From: Candidatus Berkelbacteria bacterium Licking1014_7
GTDB lineage: Bacteria > Patescibacteriota > UBA1384 > GWA2-35-9 > CG2-30-39-44
Assembly (NCBI GenBank): GCA_007376535.1
Contig: VMGK01000005.1
Span: 2,085 to 66,084, forward strand
Direction: 5' to 3'
Length of the DNA stretch: 64,000 nucleotides
A program made the position numbers and the translations under genes. The notes under the pieces are model-generated. The model ran no database searches and had not been told where the DNA came from. It saw nothing but the letters and a program-made list of their open reading frames with translations. Positions 9,105-18,912 of the stretch are shown in pieces. The stretch's first letter is position 1. Each line of letters opens with the position of its first letter.

Positions 9105-10703
9105 ATGGATTTAGTTAAAAAAGTTATAGATGGAGCAGTTTTAAGATTGTACAAGTTGCGATCGCAAAAATATTCCTTGGATTATAAAGAGCAATTTGGC
9201 GATTTGTCTACTAATCTTGCGTTTGTTTTGTCGTCGCAAATTAAAGATGCGCCACAAAAAATTGCGATCGCAATTAAACAAAAAATTGAAAAAGAAAAAT
9301 TTTTTGAAAAAGTTGAAATCGCTAACGCTGGATTTTTAAATTTCACTTTATCAGGCGACACGATAATGAAAATGCTTGAAAGCGAAAATTTTAATCATTC
9401 AAAAAAAAGCGATCGCAAAAAAATACAAATTGAATTTATTAGCGCTAATCCAACCGGACCGCTTACTCTTGGCAACGCGCGCAATGCTTTTACTGGCGAC
9501 GCGATCGCAAAAATTTTACGTTGGTCAGGACAAGATGTTCAGACCGAATATTATGTCAATGATATGGGGAATCAGATTGAGACGCTGGGGGAATCAGTAA
9601 TAAATTCAAAACTCAAAACGCAAATGTCAAAACCACCCCTAAAAAATCAAAAATTTTATGTTGGAGAATATATTGAAGAAATAGGCAAAAGGATTAACGG
9701 GAAAAATGTGCAACAAATAGGGGAGCGGGGAGCAAAAATTATTTTACAGGATTATATAAAACCGCTGATTAAAAAATTAAAAATACATTTTGATCGTTGG
9801 CAAAGTGAAAAAGCATTACATCAAAGGTACGACATTGAACAAGAGGTTGAAAAATTGCGATCGCAAAAATTTATCCAAGAAAAAGAAGGCGCGCTTTGGT
9901 TTTTGACTAAAAAATTTGGCGACGATAAAGATCGGGTGCTCAAGAAAAAAAATGGGCAGTGGACATATTTGGCGTCTGATCTTTTGTATTTGATTGACAG
10001 AAAAAAGAGGGGATTTGATAAAATTATCATTCTTTTAGGCGCTGATCATTCTGGTTATATCAAACGAATTTTGGCTTTGGGGCAGTCGTTGGGTTTTAAA
10101 AAAGATCAAATAAAAATTTTAATTTGTCAGTTGGCGCGGATTAAAAAAGGCGAGAAAAGTTTGAGAATGAGCAAACGCGCTGGCAATGTGATATACTTAG
10201 ACGAGTTAGTTGGTAAAGTCGGGCTGGATGCGAGCCGATATTTTTTCTTGGAAAAAAATCCTAACACTCATCTTGATTTTGACGGGCAAAAAGCGCTGAA
10301 AAGGGATTTGACCAATCCGGTTTATTATATTCAATATGGATATGTTAGAGCGCAAAGTATTTTGCGCAAATGTCAAATTTCAAATATCCCTGCCCCGAAG
10401 CAAGCGGGGAAATATCAAACAAATTTCAAATCCCAAATTCTAAATTCTCAAGAAAAGCGGTTGGCTTTGAAAATTTTAGCCTTACGCCCTGCCCTGTCCG
10501 ACATATCCCAGACTTTAGAGATTTACCGGTTGCCTCATTTGGCGCTGGATTTGACGCGCGCGTTTAGTAATTTTTACGAAAAAGAAAGAGTGATTGATGG
10601 CGAAACAGTAAATCCGCTGAATTTGTTGCTTACTCAAAAATTTTATACATCTATTGATTTGCTTTTAGACATGATGGGAATTTCCAAACCGGAAAAAATG
10701 TAA
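9105..10703 (+). CDS. argS: Arginine--tRNA ligase with repeat-derived loop segments
   Basis: EFISANPTGPL, YYVNDMGNQ, GADH, MSKRAG, NPVYYIQY, C-terminal PEKM; start moved to ATG 9105. Confidence 0.96.
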   Translation: MDLVKKVIDGAVLRLYKLRSQKYSLDYKEQFGDLSTNLAFVLSSQIKDAPQKIAIAIKQKIEKEKFFEKVEIANAGFLNFTLSGDTIMKMLESENFNHSKKSDRKKIQIEFISANPTGPLTLGNARNAFTGDAIAKILRWSGQDVQTEYYVNDMGNQIETLGESVINSKLKTQMSKPPLKNQKFYVGEYIEEIGKRINGKNVQQIGERGAKIILQDYIKPLIKKLKIHFDRWQSEKALHQRYDIEQEVEKLRSQKFIQEKEGALWFLTKKFGDDKDRVLKKKNGQWTYLASDLLYLIDRKKRGFDKIIILLGADHSGYIKRILALGQSLGFKKDQIKILICQLARIKKGEKSLRMSKRAGNVIYLDELVGKVGLDASRYFFLEKNPNTHLDFDGQKALKRDLTNPVYYIQYGYVRAQSILRKCQISNIPAPKQAGKYQTNFKSQILNSQEKRLALKILALRPALSDISQTLEIYRLPHLALDLTRAFSNFYEKERVIDGETVNPLNLLLTQKFYTSIDLLLDMMGISKPEKM

Positions 10704-10708
10704 GGATC

Positions 10709-10812
10709 ACGACTGACACAAAAACTTAAATGTTAGTCCTTTTATATTTTCTTGGATAATCGCTTCTCAGCACGCTCGTCGCCCCAGCACGGCTCCTCGC
10801 TCGTCCTCGCCT
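10709..10812 (-). repeat. Truncated palindromic element; copies at 46099-46196 and 6996-7041
   Basis: 71 nt shared with 46126-46196 (2 mismatches); common left end ACGACT(G/T)AC(G/A)CAAAA. Confidence 0.85.
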
Positions 10813-11393
10813 CGCTCGGTCGCCGCGGCGAAAAAAACAAGGATTATCTAAAGTATAAAATTGGGGTTTCAGGATCTGCCAAAGACAATTGCGCGCCCGG
10901 TGCGTTTAAGAAAGCGTATGAAGTTGGTCGTGAAGTGGCGCGCCAAGGCGCGATATTGGTCAACGGCGCGACAACTGGTATTCCGCAAAAAGCGGCCGAG
11001 GGCGCCAAACATGCCAACGGATTGGTGATTGGGATTTCGCCCGCGGTTTCTAAAAAAGAGCATTTGAGAAAATATAAACTACCGATTGATTATTGTGATT
11101 TGATTATGTATACCGGTATGGATTACGCGGGTAGAAATTTTTTGTTTATTCGCTCAACTGACGCCACAATTTATATTTGCGGACGGATCGGCACCTTAAA
11201 CGAATTTACCATTGCTTTTGAGGATAATAAACCAATTGGGATTTTAACCAATACTGGCGGCACAACCGAAGAAATTGCGGATTTGCTACGTGTGGCAAAG
11301 CGCGGAAAAGGCAAAATTGTCTGGGACGACGAGCCAAAACGATTAGTGGAAAAAGTGATAGAGATGATTAGGGAGAACGAGAATCATCATTAA
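10752..11393 (+). CDS. LOG/TIGR00725-like Rossmann-fold nucleotide-binding protein; start uncertain
   Basis: KIGVSGS, GATTGIP, RN, GRIGTLNEF motifs; first ~27 codons are repeat-derived. Confidence 0.8.
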   Translation: MDNRFSARSSPQHGSSLVLASLGRRGEKNKDYLKYKIGVSGSAKDNCAPGAFKKAYEVGREVARQGAILVNGATTGIPQKAAEGAKHANGLVIGISPAVSKKEHLRKYKLPIDYCDLIMYTGMDYAGRNFLFIRSTDATIYICGRIGTLNEFTIAFEDNKPIGILTNTGGTTEEIADLLRVAKRGKGKIVWDDEPKRLVEKVIEMIRENENHH

Positions 11394-11474
11394 TAATCTC
11401 AAATCTCAAAATTGCTCCGCCATCTGGCGGAAGCTTTCGGGGAGATTTACTTTTTGCTTTTTAATATAGATTTT

Positions 11475-12827
11475 ATGACCATAAAATTCCTTGGCGCTAA
11501 TCGGGAAGTGACCGGGTCCTGTTATTTATTAGAAAACAAACAAAAATCAAAAATTCTAATTGATTGCGGATTTTTTCAAGGCGGAGATAAAAGTCAAGCG
11601 CGCAATCGGCAGAAATTTAATTTTAAGGTACAAGAGATTGATGCGGTTTGCATCACCCACGCGCATCTTGATCATATTGGCAGGTTGCCAAAATTGGTAA
11701 AAGATGGCTATCACAAAATGATTTACGCTATTGCGCCGACGATTGATTTGTCTCGGTTGGTGCTCGAAGACACGGTTAAAATCGCGCAAGAAGAATTTCG
11801 CCATACCGGCGAGCATAAGATTTTTGACGAATATGATGTGGTGCGAGTAATGGGATTATTTTCTGCGGCGGAATATAATAGGTTGTTTGAGCCAGCGCCT
11901 GGTTTTAAGGTTCGGTTTAGAAATGCCGGGCATATTTTGGGCTCGGCGTTTTTAGAAATTGAAGCCGATAATAAAAAGTATATTTTTTCCGGCGATCTGG
12001 GAAATCCTGATATGCCATTGCTTCTGAGCGCGAGCGCGCCGGCGCCAGCAGATGTTTTGGTGCTTGAGTCAACTTATGGATCTGTGGTGCATGAAAGAGG
12101 GGTTTCTCGTACCGTAGAATTGCAAGAAGCGATTGAGCAAACCATAAAAAATCGCGGCGTCTTGATGATTCCCGCTTTTGCTTTGGAGCGGACGCAAGAA
12201 ATACTTTTAGCCATCAATGGCCTAGTGGAAAACAAAAAAATTCCTCACGTGCCGGTTTTTTTGGATAGTCCGATGGCGATTTCTGCGACTGAAATATATA
12301 AACGATACGCAAAAACCCATTTTAGTCGAAAATCATTACAGGATTTGTTGGTTGATAGGGATTTATTTGATTTTGAAGGTTTTAAGTATTGCGATACAGT
12401 CGAGCAGTCAAAACAGATTAATCACACCCCGTCACCCAAAGTGATTATTGCTGGTTCGGGAATGATGGAGGGGGGCAGGATTTTGCATCACGCCAAAAGG
12501 TATTTATCCGATCCACGGTCAACTTTGCTTTTTGTTGGCTATCAGGTAGCCGGCACGCTCGGCAGACAACTTTTTGAAAAAGCCCGTCGTGTTTTTATCC
12601 ATGGCGAGCGGATAGCGGTGCACAGCCGAATTAAGTCCATCGGGGGATTGAGCGCGCACGCGGACAGTATTGATTTGGTAAAATTTGCTGAAAAAACGAA
12701 GACAAGTTTGCGAAAAATTTACCTGACGCACGGGGAGTTAGAACGGGCGCGAGGTCTCAGAAAAACTTTGTTAAAATCAGTTAAAGCAGAAATTGACATT
12801 CCAAAAATGGGAGAGATGGGGGAATAA
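11475..12827 (+). CDS. MBL-fold beta-CASP ribonuclease
   Basis: THAHLDH, AGHILGS, SGDLG, ESTYG, SAHAD, THGE. Confidence 0.93.
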   Translation: MTIKFLGANREVTGSCYLLENKQKSKILIDCGFFQGGDKSQARNRQKFNFKVQEIDAVCITHAHLDHIGRLPKLVKDGYHKMIYAIAPTIDLSRLVLEDTVKIAQEEFRHTGEHKIFDEYDVVRVMGLFSAAEYNRLFEPAPGFKVRFRNAGHILGSAFLEIEADNKKYIFSGDLGNPDMPLLLSASAPAPADVLVLESTYGSVVHERGVSRTVELQEAIEQTIKNRGVLMIPAFALERTQEILLAINGLVENKKIPHVPVFLDSPMAISATEIYKRYAKTHFSRKSLQDLLVDRDLFDFEGFKYCDTVEQSKQINHTPSPKVIIAGSGMMEGGRILHHAKRYLSDPRSTLLFVGYQVAGTLGRQLFEKARRVFIHGERIAVHSRIKSIGGLSAHADSIDLVKFAEKTKTSLRKIYLTHGELERARGLRKTLLKSVKAEIDIPKMGEMGE

Positions 12828-13111
12828 TCGCAAAATTCACATAAGATACAAGAAACAAGATACAAGATACAAACAATATTCAAAATTCAAAATCAAAACA
12901 ATTCAAAATCCAAAAATATTTTTGACTTAAGATGATAGAATATAGATTTAAGAATGTCCGCCATCTGGCGGATTAGAAGTTAGAATGCGGGGGGTTTTAT
13001 TCTTTATTCTACATTCTTGATTCATTCATAAATCTTGAATCTTACTTCTTGAATCTTTTTGAAAATTGTGTCATTGAAAATTCGTAATTAGAAATTTTAT
13101 TTCATCATTCC

Positions 13112-15382
13112 TCACAAATCCACCTCATAGCCATTTCCATCGGCTAAAATCCAGACCTTTTTACCTTTGTGATCCACTTGGAAACAAGTGGGTTTTTTGA
13201 TTGCGGGAGGAAAAAGATATTGTTTTAAGTAATTGCCGTCTTTGTCAAATTCTAAAACGCGCGCTTTGGTTTGGTCTAAAATATAAAGTGAAGAAATGGA
13301 TTCAGCTGTGTAGATATCAATCGGATTGGATAAATCATCAAACGTTTTGGGTAGATTTTTAAGTCGAAAATCAGTGGCCGCGCCCTTGCTAATTTTCAGG
13401 ACTTTATTTGGTAAAAGCGCGTAAATAGAATTGTCAATCGTAAGCGCGACTGCTTTTGACATCTGGTTTGCCAGCGCCGAGCCAGTGTAGGAGACCGGGT
13501 CTTGATAATTATTTTCGTTTTTGTTAAATTTCCAGATTTTCGCATCTTTTGCTGAAAACGCGTAAATATTGTCGGCAAAAATATCAAAATCAATCAGCGC
13601 GCCAGTTTTATTTTGAGGGAGATTAAGAGCGATTAGCCGTTCGTCCTCAGCATTGAAATTGTAAATTTCTCCGGCCTGAGTTAAAAGGTAAAAATGGCGA
13701 TCGTCAAATTTGATAAGGTCTTGCCATTTGCCAGCAATGGATGGAATTTCTTGCTTTTTACCAGATAAGATATTGATTTTTATAATTTTTTCATTTTCCA
13801 AAAGAAAGGCAGAGCCCTGAAAGGTGAACATTTTTTCACCTTTTAAGTCCGTGGCAAAGGGCGTCAAATTGAAATATCTTTTTGTCTGAGTGATTGAGTC
13901 GGCTTGATTGCTGGCTTGGCTGATAATTTTTTCCGCTTCGGTTTTGTACTCAGAGTTTTGAATTTTTTGCGCCAAATTTATCGCGTTTTCAAAAAGTTCA
14001 GTTGCAGTTTGCTTATCAGATAAAATTAAAGCGGATTTTCCTTCATCTAATTTTTTTTGCGCTTGGGATAGTGTCTCGGACTTTTGTTGGCTGGCAAGTT
14101 TTTGCGCTTGTTTTTTTCTTTGCACGCTGATAGAAACGATTAAAACGAAAATCAGTGTTACGGCGCATATCACAATCATTAACGGTCGTTTTTTGCTGGA
14201 TGAGTAATTTTTTCTAAAAAAATACCAAGCATTGTCGATTTTGATAATTACTTTTTTAATTGTTTGGTTGGCGGTTCTGACAATTTTTTTTGCGCTTGAT
14301 GTATGCTCATTTCTGTAATCATTGATGGTATAAATCGAGCGACCGATAAATGAATCGTTTTTGGTTGACGCGATTTCTGCCCCGTCCTTTTTAATTTTAA
14401 CTAAATTATCTCCAATAAATTTTTTGGCGCCGCCGCCGGTTTTTTGAATGATGGGTTTGGCTTTTTGAAAATATTCGCGCGATAATTGCCGAGAACGGTC
14501 TGACGCGGTTTTTAGAAATTTTTTACTTTGGGGAAGGTAGCGCGTTTTTGTCTTATTGATGCTGGCTTTGAGGTACTGATGGGTGTTTTGTCCGGTTTTC
14601 TTAACCCAGGGCAAAATATATTTTTTAGAAAATTTTATTGCTTGGCTCAACGCTGAGGCGGATTGTTTATCAACCGTCAGTTGAATATCTTGCACGGCTT
14701 GGTTTTCTACCGGGATTTCGACATTAAGAGTAAAAAAAGCGATCGCTTTGTCGCGCGTTTTTTTGAAGAAAGTAAAAATGTTTTCGCCTGCTTCAATAAA
14801 GTTTTGATTTGCGAAAAATTGCTTGACGATTTGCGAGGATAAGTGATTAAGCGCTTGAGAGTTGGCAAAAATTAATAAGTCGTTTGCATCAATGGAACCA
14901 GATGTGATATTAGAAAAGGTTTTAAGCGGATGGGGTCCGATAATTTGAATTTTTGAGTCAACAATTTCTGAAATTTTGTCATTGCGAATCAGCCAGGTCT
15001 TGATTTTTCCCGAGGTAGCAAGGTGTACTTGGTTTTGGATAGATAAGCAAAATATTGCGTTGAGGTTGCCGATCCAGCTGGTTTCGCCGTTTTGGCTGAT
15101 ATGCGCCAATGTTTCGTTAACTGACTTGAGCGCTTGTTCAAAATTCTGCAAATCAGAGGTGGATTCGCCAGAATAATAGGCGCGTTTTAGGGTATTAAGT
15201 ATGGTCTGTCCGATTTGGCGGTGGATTGAAGTGGCTTGCAAAATTTCTAACAAAACATAGATTTTGCCCATTTCCTGATGAATTTTGTCAGGCGATTCTA
15301 AAATTTGAGCCGTGATAAAACGCCCGGGAATTTGTCCAGAGTGTAAAATTTTGAGCGAGTTGAGGGTGAGGTTTTTGAGCAT
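13112..15382 (-). CDS. Membrane-anchored protein: PP2C-like N-terminal fold, one TM helix, C-terminal beta-propeller-like region
   Basis: Long ORF; TM LMIVICAVTLIFVLIVSISV; NHL-like LYILD...RVLEFDKDG; domain calls are inference. Confidence 0.6.
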   Translation of the reverse strand: MLKNLTLNSLKILHSGQIPGRFITAQILESPDKIHQEMGKIYVLLEILQATSIHRQIGQTILNTLKRAYYSGESTSDLQNFEQALKSVNETLAHISQNGETSWIGNLNAIFCLSIQNQVHLATSGKIKTWLIRNDKISEIVDSKIQIIGPHPLKTFSNITSGSIDANDLLIFANSQALNHLSSQIVKQFFANQNFIEAGENIFTFFKKTRDKAIAFFTLNVEIPVENQAVQDIQLTVDKQSASALSQAIKFSKKYILPWVKKTGQNTHQYLKASINKTKTRYLPQSKKFLKTASDRSRQLSREYFQKAKPIIQKTGGGAKKFIGDNLVKIKKDGAEIASTKNDSFIGRSIYTINDYRNEHTSSAKKIVRTANQTIKKVIIKIDNAWYFFRKNYSSSKKRPLMIVICAVTLIFVLIVSISVQRKKQAQKLASQQKSETLSQAQKKLDEGKSALILSDKQTATELFENAINLAQKIQNSEYKTEAEKIISQASNQADSITQTKRYFNLTPFATDLKGEKMFTFQGSAFLLENEKIIKINILSGKKQEIPSIAGKWQDLIKFDDRHFYLLTQAGEIYNFNAEDERLIALNLPQNKTGALIDFDIFADNIYAFSAKDAKIWKFNKNENNYQDPVSYTGSALANQMSKAVALTIDNSIYALLPNKVLKISKGAATDFRLKNLPKTFDDLSNPIDIYTAESISSLYILDQTKARVLEFDKDGNYLKQYLFPPAIKKPTCFQVDHKGKKVWILADGNGYEVDL

Positions 15383-15478
15383 AATAATCAAATCAAAAGT
15401 TATAAGTCCCCGAAGACAATGTGCTATCACTTGGCTTCAATCCTACGGATTGTAAAATTTTTGTAGCATTCATAGTTT

Positions 15479-16066
15479 TTATTTCTCCCAAATTATATGG
15501 CAGTTGATATTGTGTTTCTCATAATCTTTTAATACATCGGCGCAAAAATCCATCAACTCCTTATTTTTCTCGCTTTTGGCCAATTCATATAAACGAATAA
15601 ACATCTTTTTACCAGTTTCGGTCTGTTTGAGGTGTTTTTTAATAAAGTTGTGTTGAGCACATAAGGTCTGTCCATTTTCAACTATTGCTTTACCGCCTTC
15701 ATATCTTGATTTAATGTGATCAACTTGTAACTCAACTCCATCCTCTCTGCCTCGTCCACACAGGACACATTTATAGTCATCTCGTTTTAAGATAAATTCT
15801 TTTTGTTCAGGTGTAAAATCCTCTAAAATTCGTTGATTGACCATTTCGGGATCATATCTATATATTCCCTTATTTACTTTAACCAAAAAACCAACTTCGT
15901 GAAGATTTCTAATTGATCGCCAGGTATCTCTCGGTTTTTTATTATAAAGCCGCATGTACTTTGCTTCAACCCAATCAACAACTGGACCGTGTGGCATATC
16001 CTCTTTTGGATGTGCCTTGAAGTATTCAATAAGCAGGTCTCGTATTGATTTGTTTTTCTTTTTCAT
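15479..16066 (-). CDS. HNH endonuclease, probable type II restriction enzyme
   Basis: RDDYKCVLCG...LQVDHI....GG....NGQTLC..HN..K; adjacent to a methyltransferase. Confidence 0.85.
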   Translation of the reverse strand: MKKKNKSIRDLLIEYFKAHPKEDMPHGPVVDWVEAKYMRLYNKKPRDTWRSIRNLHEVGFLVKVNKGIYRYDPEMVNQRILEDFTPEQKEFILKRDDYKCVLCGRGREDGVELQVDHIKSRYEGGKAIVENGQTLCAQHNFIKKHLKQTETGKKMFIRLYELAKSEKNKELMDFCADVLKDYEKHNINCHIIWEK

Positions 16067-16074
16067 AGTTATTA

Positions 16075-16902
16075 TTAAGTTAATAAATTTGGTTGATCTA
16101 TTTTTGCTTCTACCCGTAATCGCCTGATTGCTAAATCGCAATATTCTTTGTCAATATCAACACCAATTCCTTTTCTGTTGTGCAAATATGAAGCAATAAG
16201 CGTTGTTCCGCTACCCAAAAATGGGTCCAAAACTGTATCACCAATAAAACTAAATAATTTTATACATCGTCTCGGCAATTCAACCGGAAATGGCGCAGGA
16301 TGTCCGCCCGCCCCCTTTTTACTTTGGCCGGAGAATGTCCAAACACCATTTGTCCAATCCATAAATTCCTGCTTTGTAATGTCATTTTTCCTACTCCCGC
16401 CAGTTTTTTTCCAGCTGTCTTTATATAAAACTAAAATCAATTCAACAGGGGCAATGACATAAGGAGCTGAGGCAGACATATATGAACCCCAAGCGGTGCG
16501 GCGAGAAATATTTCCCTCGTTCCAGATAATCGTTGAGTGATATTTCCAGCCAATATCTTTTGCGATTTTTGTAATATCAGCGCCGACTGATTTTTGGCCA
16601 CCTTTATTTTTATCAAGAGGAATATTTAGCAAAAATCGTCCTTCCTTTTTTGCTAAATCAAAACATTTCTTAATCCATTTTTTGGTAAATTCTAAATAGT
16701 CTTCGTAAGTCAAATTGTCAGCGTGGGAATTGTAATGAATGTCAACATTATAAGGCGGTGAAGTAATAATTAGATCAACTGAATTTCCGGGTATGGCTGT
16801 AATCTTCAAAATATCGGCTTTGAAAATAGAAATTCCGTCTTTTTCAAAATATGGTTTTTGAGATTTCATCTCATCAATATTGCTAACTTGTTTTTCCGCC
16901 AT
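16075..16902 (-). CDS. Site-specific amino-DNA methyltransferase, beta class (SPPY suggests m4C)
   Basis: TSPPYN followed by HPAPFP and LDPFLGSGTT. Confidence 0.93.
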   Translation of the reverse strand: MAEKQVSNIDEMKSQKPYFEKDGISIFKADILKITAIPGNSVDLIITSPPYNVDIHYNSHADNLTYEDYLEFTKKWIKKCFDLAKKEGRFLLNIPLDKNKGGQKSVGADITKIAKDIGWKYHSTIIWNEGNISRRTAWGSYMSASAPYVIAPVELILVLYKDSWKKTGGSRKNDITKQEFMDWTNGVWTFSGQSKKGAGGHPAPFPVELPRRCIKLFSFIGDTVLDPFLGSGTTLIASYLHNRKGIGVDIDKEYCDLAIRRLRVEAKIDQPNLLT

Positions 16903-17204
16903 TATATTTTGCATAAAATTTTTGTGATAAGCACAGCAACAGGGTTTATATCAATAGCAATTGATGGTCGTCCCATTACTTTTGATTCAACAAGCGTTGT
17001 GCCGCAACCACCAAATGGATCAACAATAGAATCACCCTCTCGCGTATATTTTTCCGCTAAGCGAGAGACAATTTGCGGAATAAACTTTGCGGGGTAGCGA
17101 TGATAGCCGTGCGTGATATACGTCGTGTCCTTCCTTGTTTTATCGGAAAAAGACCACGAATAATCAATTTTTGTCTTTGCGAGTAATGTTGTTATTTGTC
17201 TCAT
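16902..17204 (-). pseudogene. N-terminal fragment of an alpha-class DNA methyltransferase
   Basis: HRYPAKFIP, DPFGGCGTT, DIN; stops before any catalytic motif. Confidence 0.75.
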
Positions 17205-17378
17205 AGCTTTTTTTTGTTAATTCCTCAATTTTCAAAATGTCTGAATTGGTCGCCTTTCGACTTGGCTCAAGGCGACTCTGAGATTGTCGTCTGGTCGTAA
17301 TTACTGAACGAAGCTCGAACCCCTTTCCTTTTTGCCCGCCCTCGCTTTCCGATTCCGATTTTACCGCCGCCGGAATCC

Positions 17379-17723
17379 TTATATCACTTGTAATTCCATC
17401 TGTAAATTTTTTCTCTCCGCTTTCCCCGTCTTAAACAAATTCGCTTTTTCATCCAATTCTTTTATTCTTCTTTCGGAAATTTTGACATACTTTTCGTTAG
17501 TATCAATTCCAATATTTTTTTCCCCTAACTTTTTTGCTGCCACAGCAGTTGTTCCGCTACCCATAAACGGATCAAAAACTAAATCACCCTTATTGCTTGC
17601 GGAAAGTAAAACTTGCTGAATTAACTTGAGCGGTTTTTGCGTTGGATGTGCTTTTATTCCATTTTCATCTCTTAATCTTTCTTGCCCTCTATACACACCA
17701 AAAACCCAATCAGTATCTTTCAT
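17379..17723 (-). pseudogene. C-terminal fragment of a beta-class DNA methyltransferase
   Basis: HPTQKP and DPFMGSGTT present, DPPY half absent. Confidence 0.75.
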
Positions 17724-18562
17724 TTGTTATTCAAGTTTTTTCTTCTCTTTGCTTTCAGTAAATAATTTTTATTCGTCGGAACTTTTTTACCGCTTTTTCT
17801 TTCCAAATCTTTTCGTGCTTTGCCGGCTACACTTCCGCCTTCTTGCGCAACAATTTTATTTTCATTAAAACCTTGGGCATTTTTATTTTGAGCAATTTCC
17901 GTTGTTGACGCCTCTCCGAGCATTGAAAAAATTAACTCCAAATCATTCATATGATCTCGTAAATTCTCTCGCTTGAGTCCTTTGAATTTCTGATATTCGC
18001 TCGGCGTCATTCCAAAAGTTGCTTCGGAAATTTCAGCGGTTAAAATCGCGTATTCTTGGCCTTCCCTTACATCTCGTTTTTTCCATTCATTAGTCAGTGT
18101 TTCGCGAACTTCAATACCTCGCATCCTTTTTTCTATCCATGTATCAGAATATCCTTTGGCTTTATAAAGAGCTCGGGTTCTCTTAGTGGCTAACTCGGGG
18201 TCTTCAATTTCCTGTATTCTTTCATAGCCAACTCGAGCCAACCAACGTTTAAACGGTTCAGCTTTTGGCGACGGAATTGATTGAATAATGCGGAAAATGC
18301 CTTCCGTATTAGCGCTGGTTATCTTTCTTTTTTTGCCATCTTTAGCCACCATCTCAAGGAGGGGACAATTTGTCCCCCAGTAGACATTTAGCTCTTTGTC
18401 TCTCTTTCTCATCTTTTTTATATAATCTCTAACATCTACTGTATCGGTGAGCGCCCCAACTACATCCGCAACCGAAAACCACCATTCGTTTTTATGAATG
18501 ATTTTGCGAATTTCCTTTTTTTGGAAAATGGCAATTTTTGTAGTCGTAATTTTTCTGTTCAT
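17720..18562 (-). CDS. BRO-N domain (phage antirepressor-like) protein
   Basis: WWFSVADVV, IQSIPSPKAEPFKRWLA, NLRDHM. Confidence 0.9.
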   Translation of the reverse strand: MNRKITTTKIAIFQKKEIRKIIHKNEWWFSVADVVGALTDTVDVRDYIKKMRKRDKELNVYWGTNCPLLEMVAKDGKKRKITSANTEGIFRIIQSIPSPKAEPFKRWLARVGYERIQEIEDPELATKRTRALYKAKGYSDTWIEKRMRGIEVRETLTNEWKKRDVREGQEYAILTAEISEATFGMTPSEYQKFKGLKRENLRDHMNDLELIFSMLGEASTTEIAQNKNAQGFNENKIVAQEGGSVAGKARKDLERKSGKKVPTNKNYLLKAKRRKNLNNK

Positions 18563-18722
18563 AAAATTAAAATTTTAGTTTTTCTAACTCTAATCTCTTG
18601 TTGTAATAATTTATAATCTCATCATAATCTTTTACAACAAAACGATCTTCCAAAATTGAATAGGGTTCTCGCTCAAAATAGGTTCCCTCCAAAGGCGGGC
18701 AGGCGATCTTCGTTCAGTAAAT

Positions 18723-18795
18723 TCGGGGTAGCCGGACTCGAACCGACGATCTTCGGACCCCCAGCCCGACGCTTTACCAACTAAGCTATACCCCG
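18723..18795 (-). tRNA. tRNA-Pro(GGG), CCA not encoded
   Basis: Acceptor CGGGGTA/TACCCCG, anticodon arm TCGGG-CTGGGGG-TCCGA, T-loop TTCGAGT. Confidence 0.95.
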
Positions 18796-18912
18796 TTTGC
18801 ATCTCAAAAAACTCAAATTTCTTGCTTAATTTCATTATAACCTAAAATTTTGCGAAATCAAAAACCCGACCCTTCGACAAGCTCAGGGTCGGGAGTGATG
18901 AAAGATGAAATG

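Noticed and set aside
17720-18562. Prophage suggested by the BRO gene
   Set aside because: No integrase, structural or replication genes nearby.
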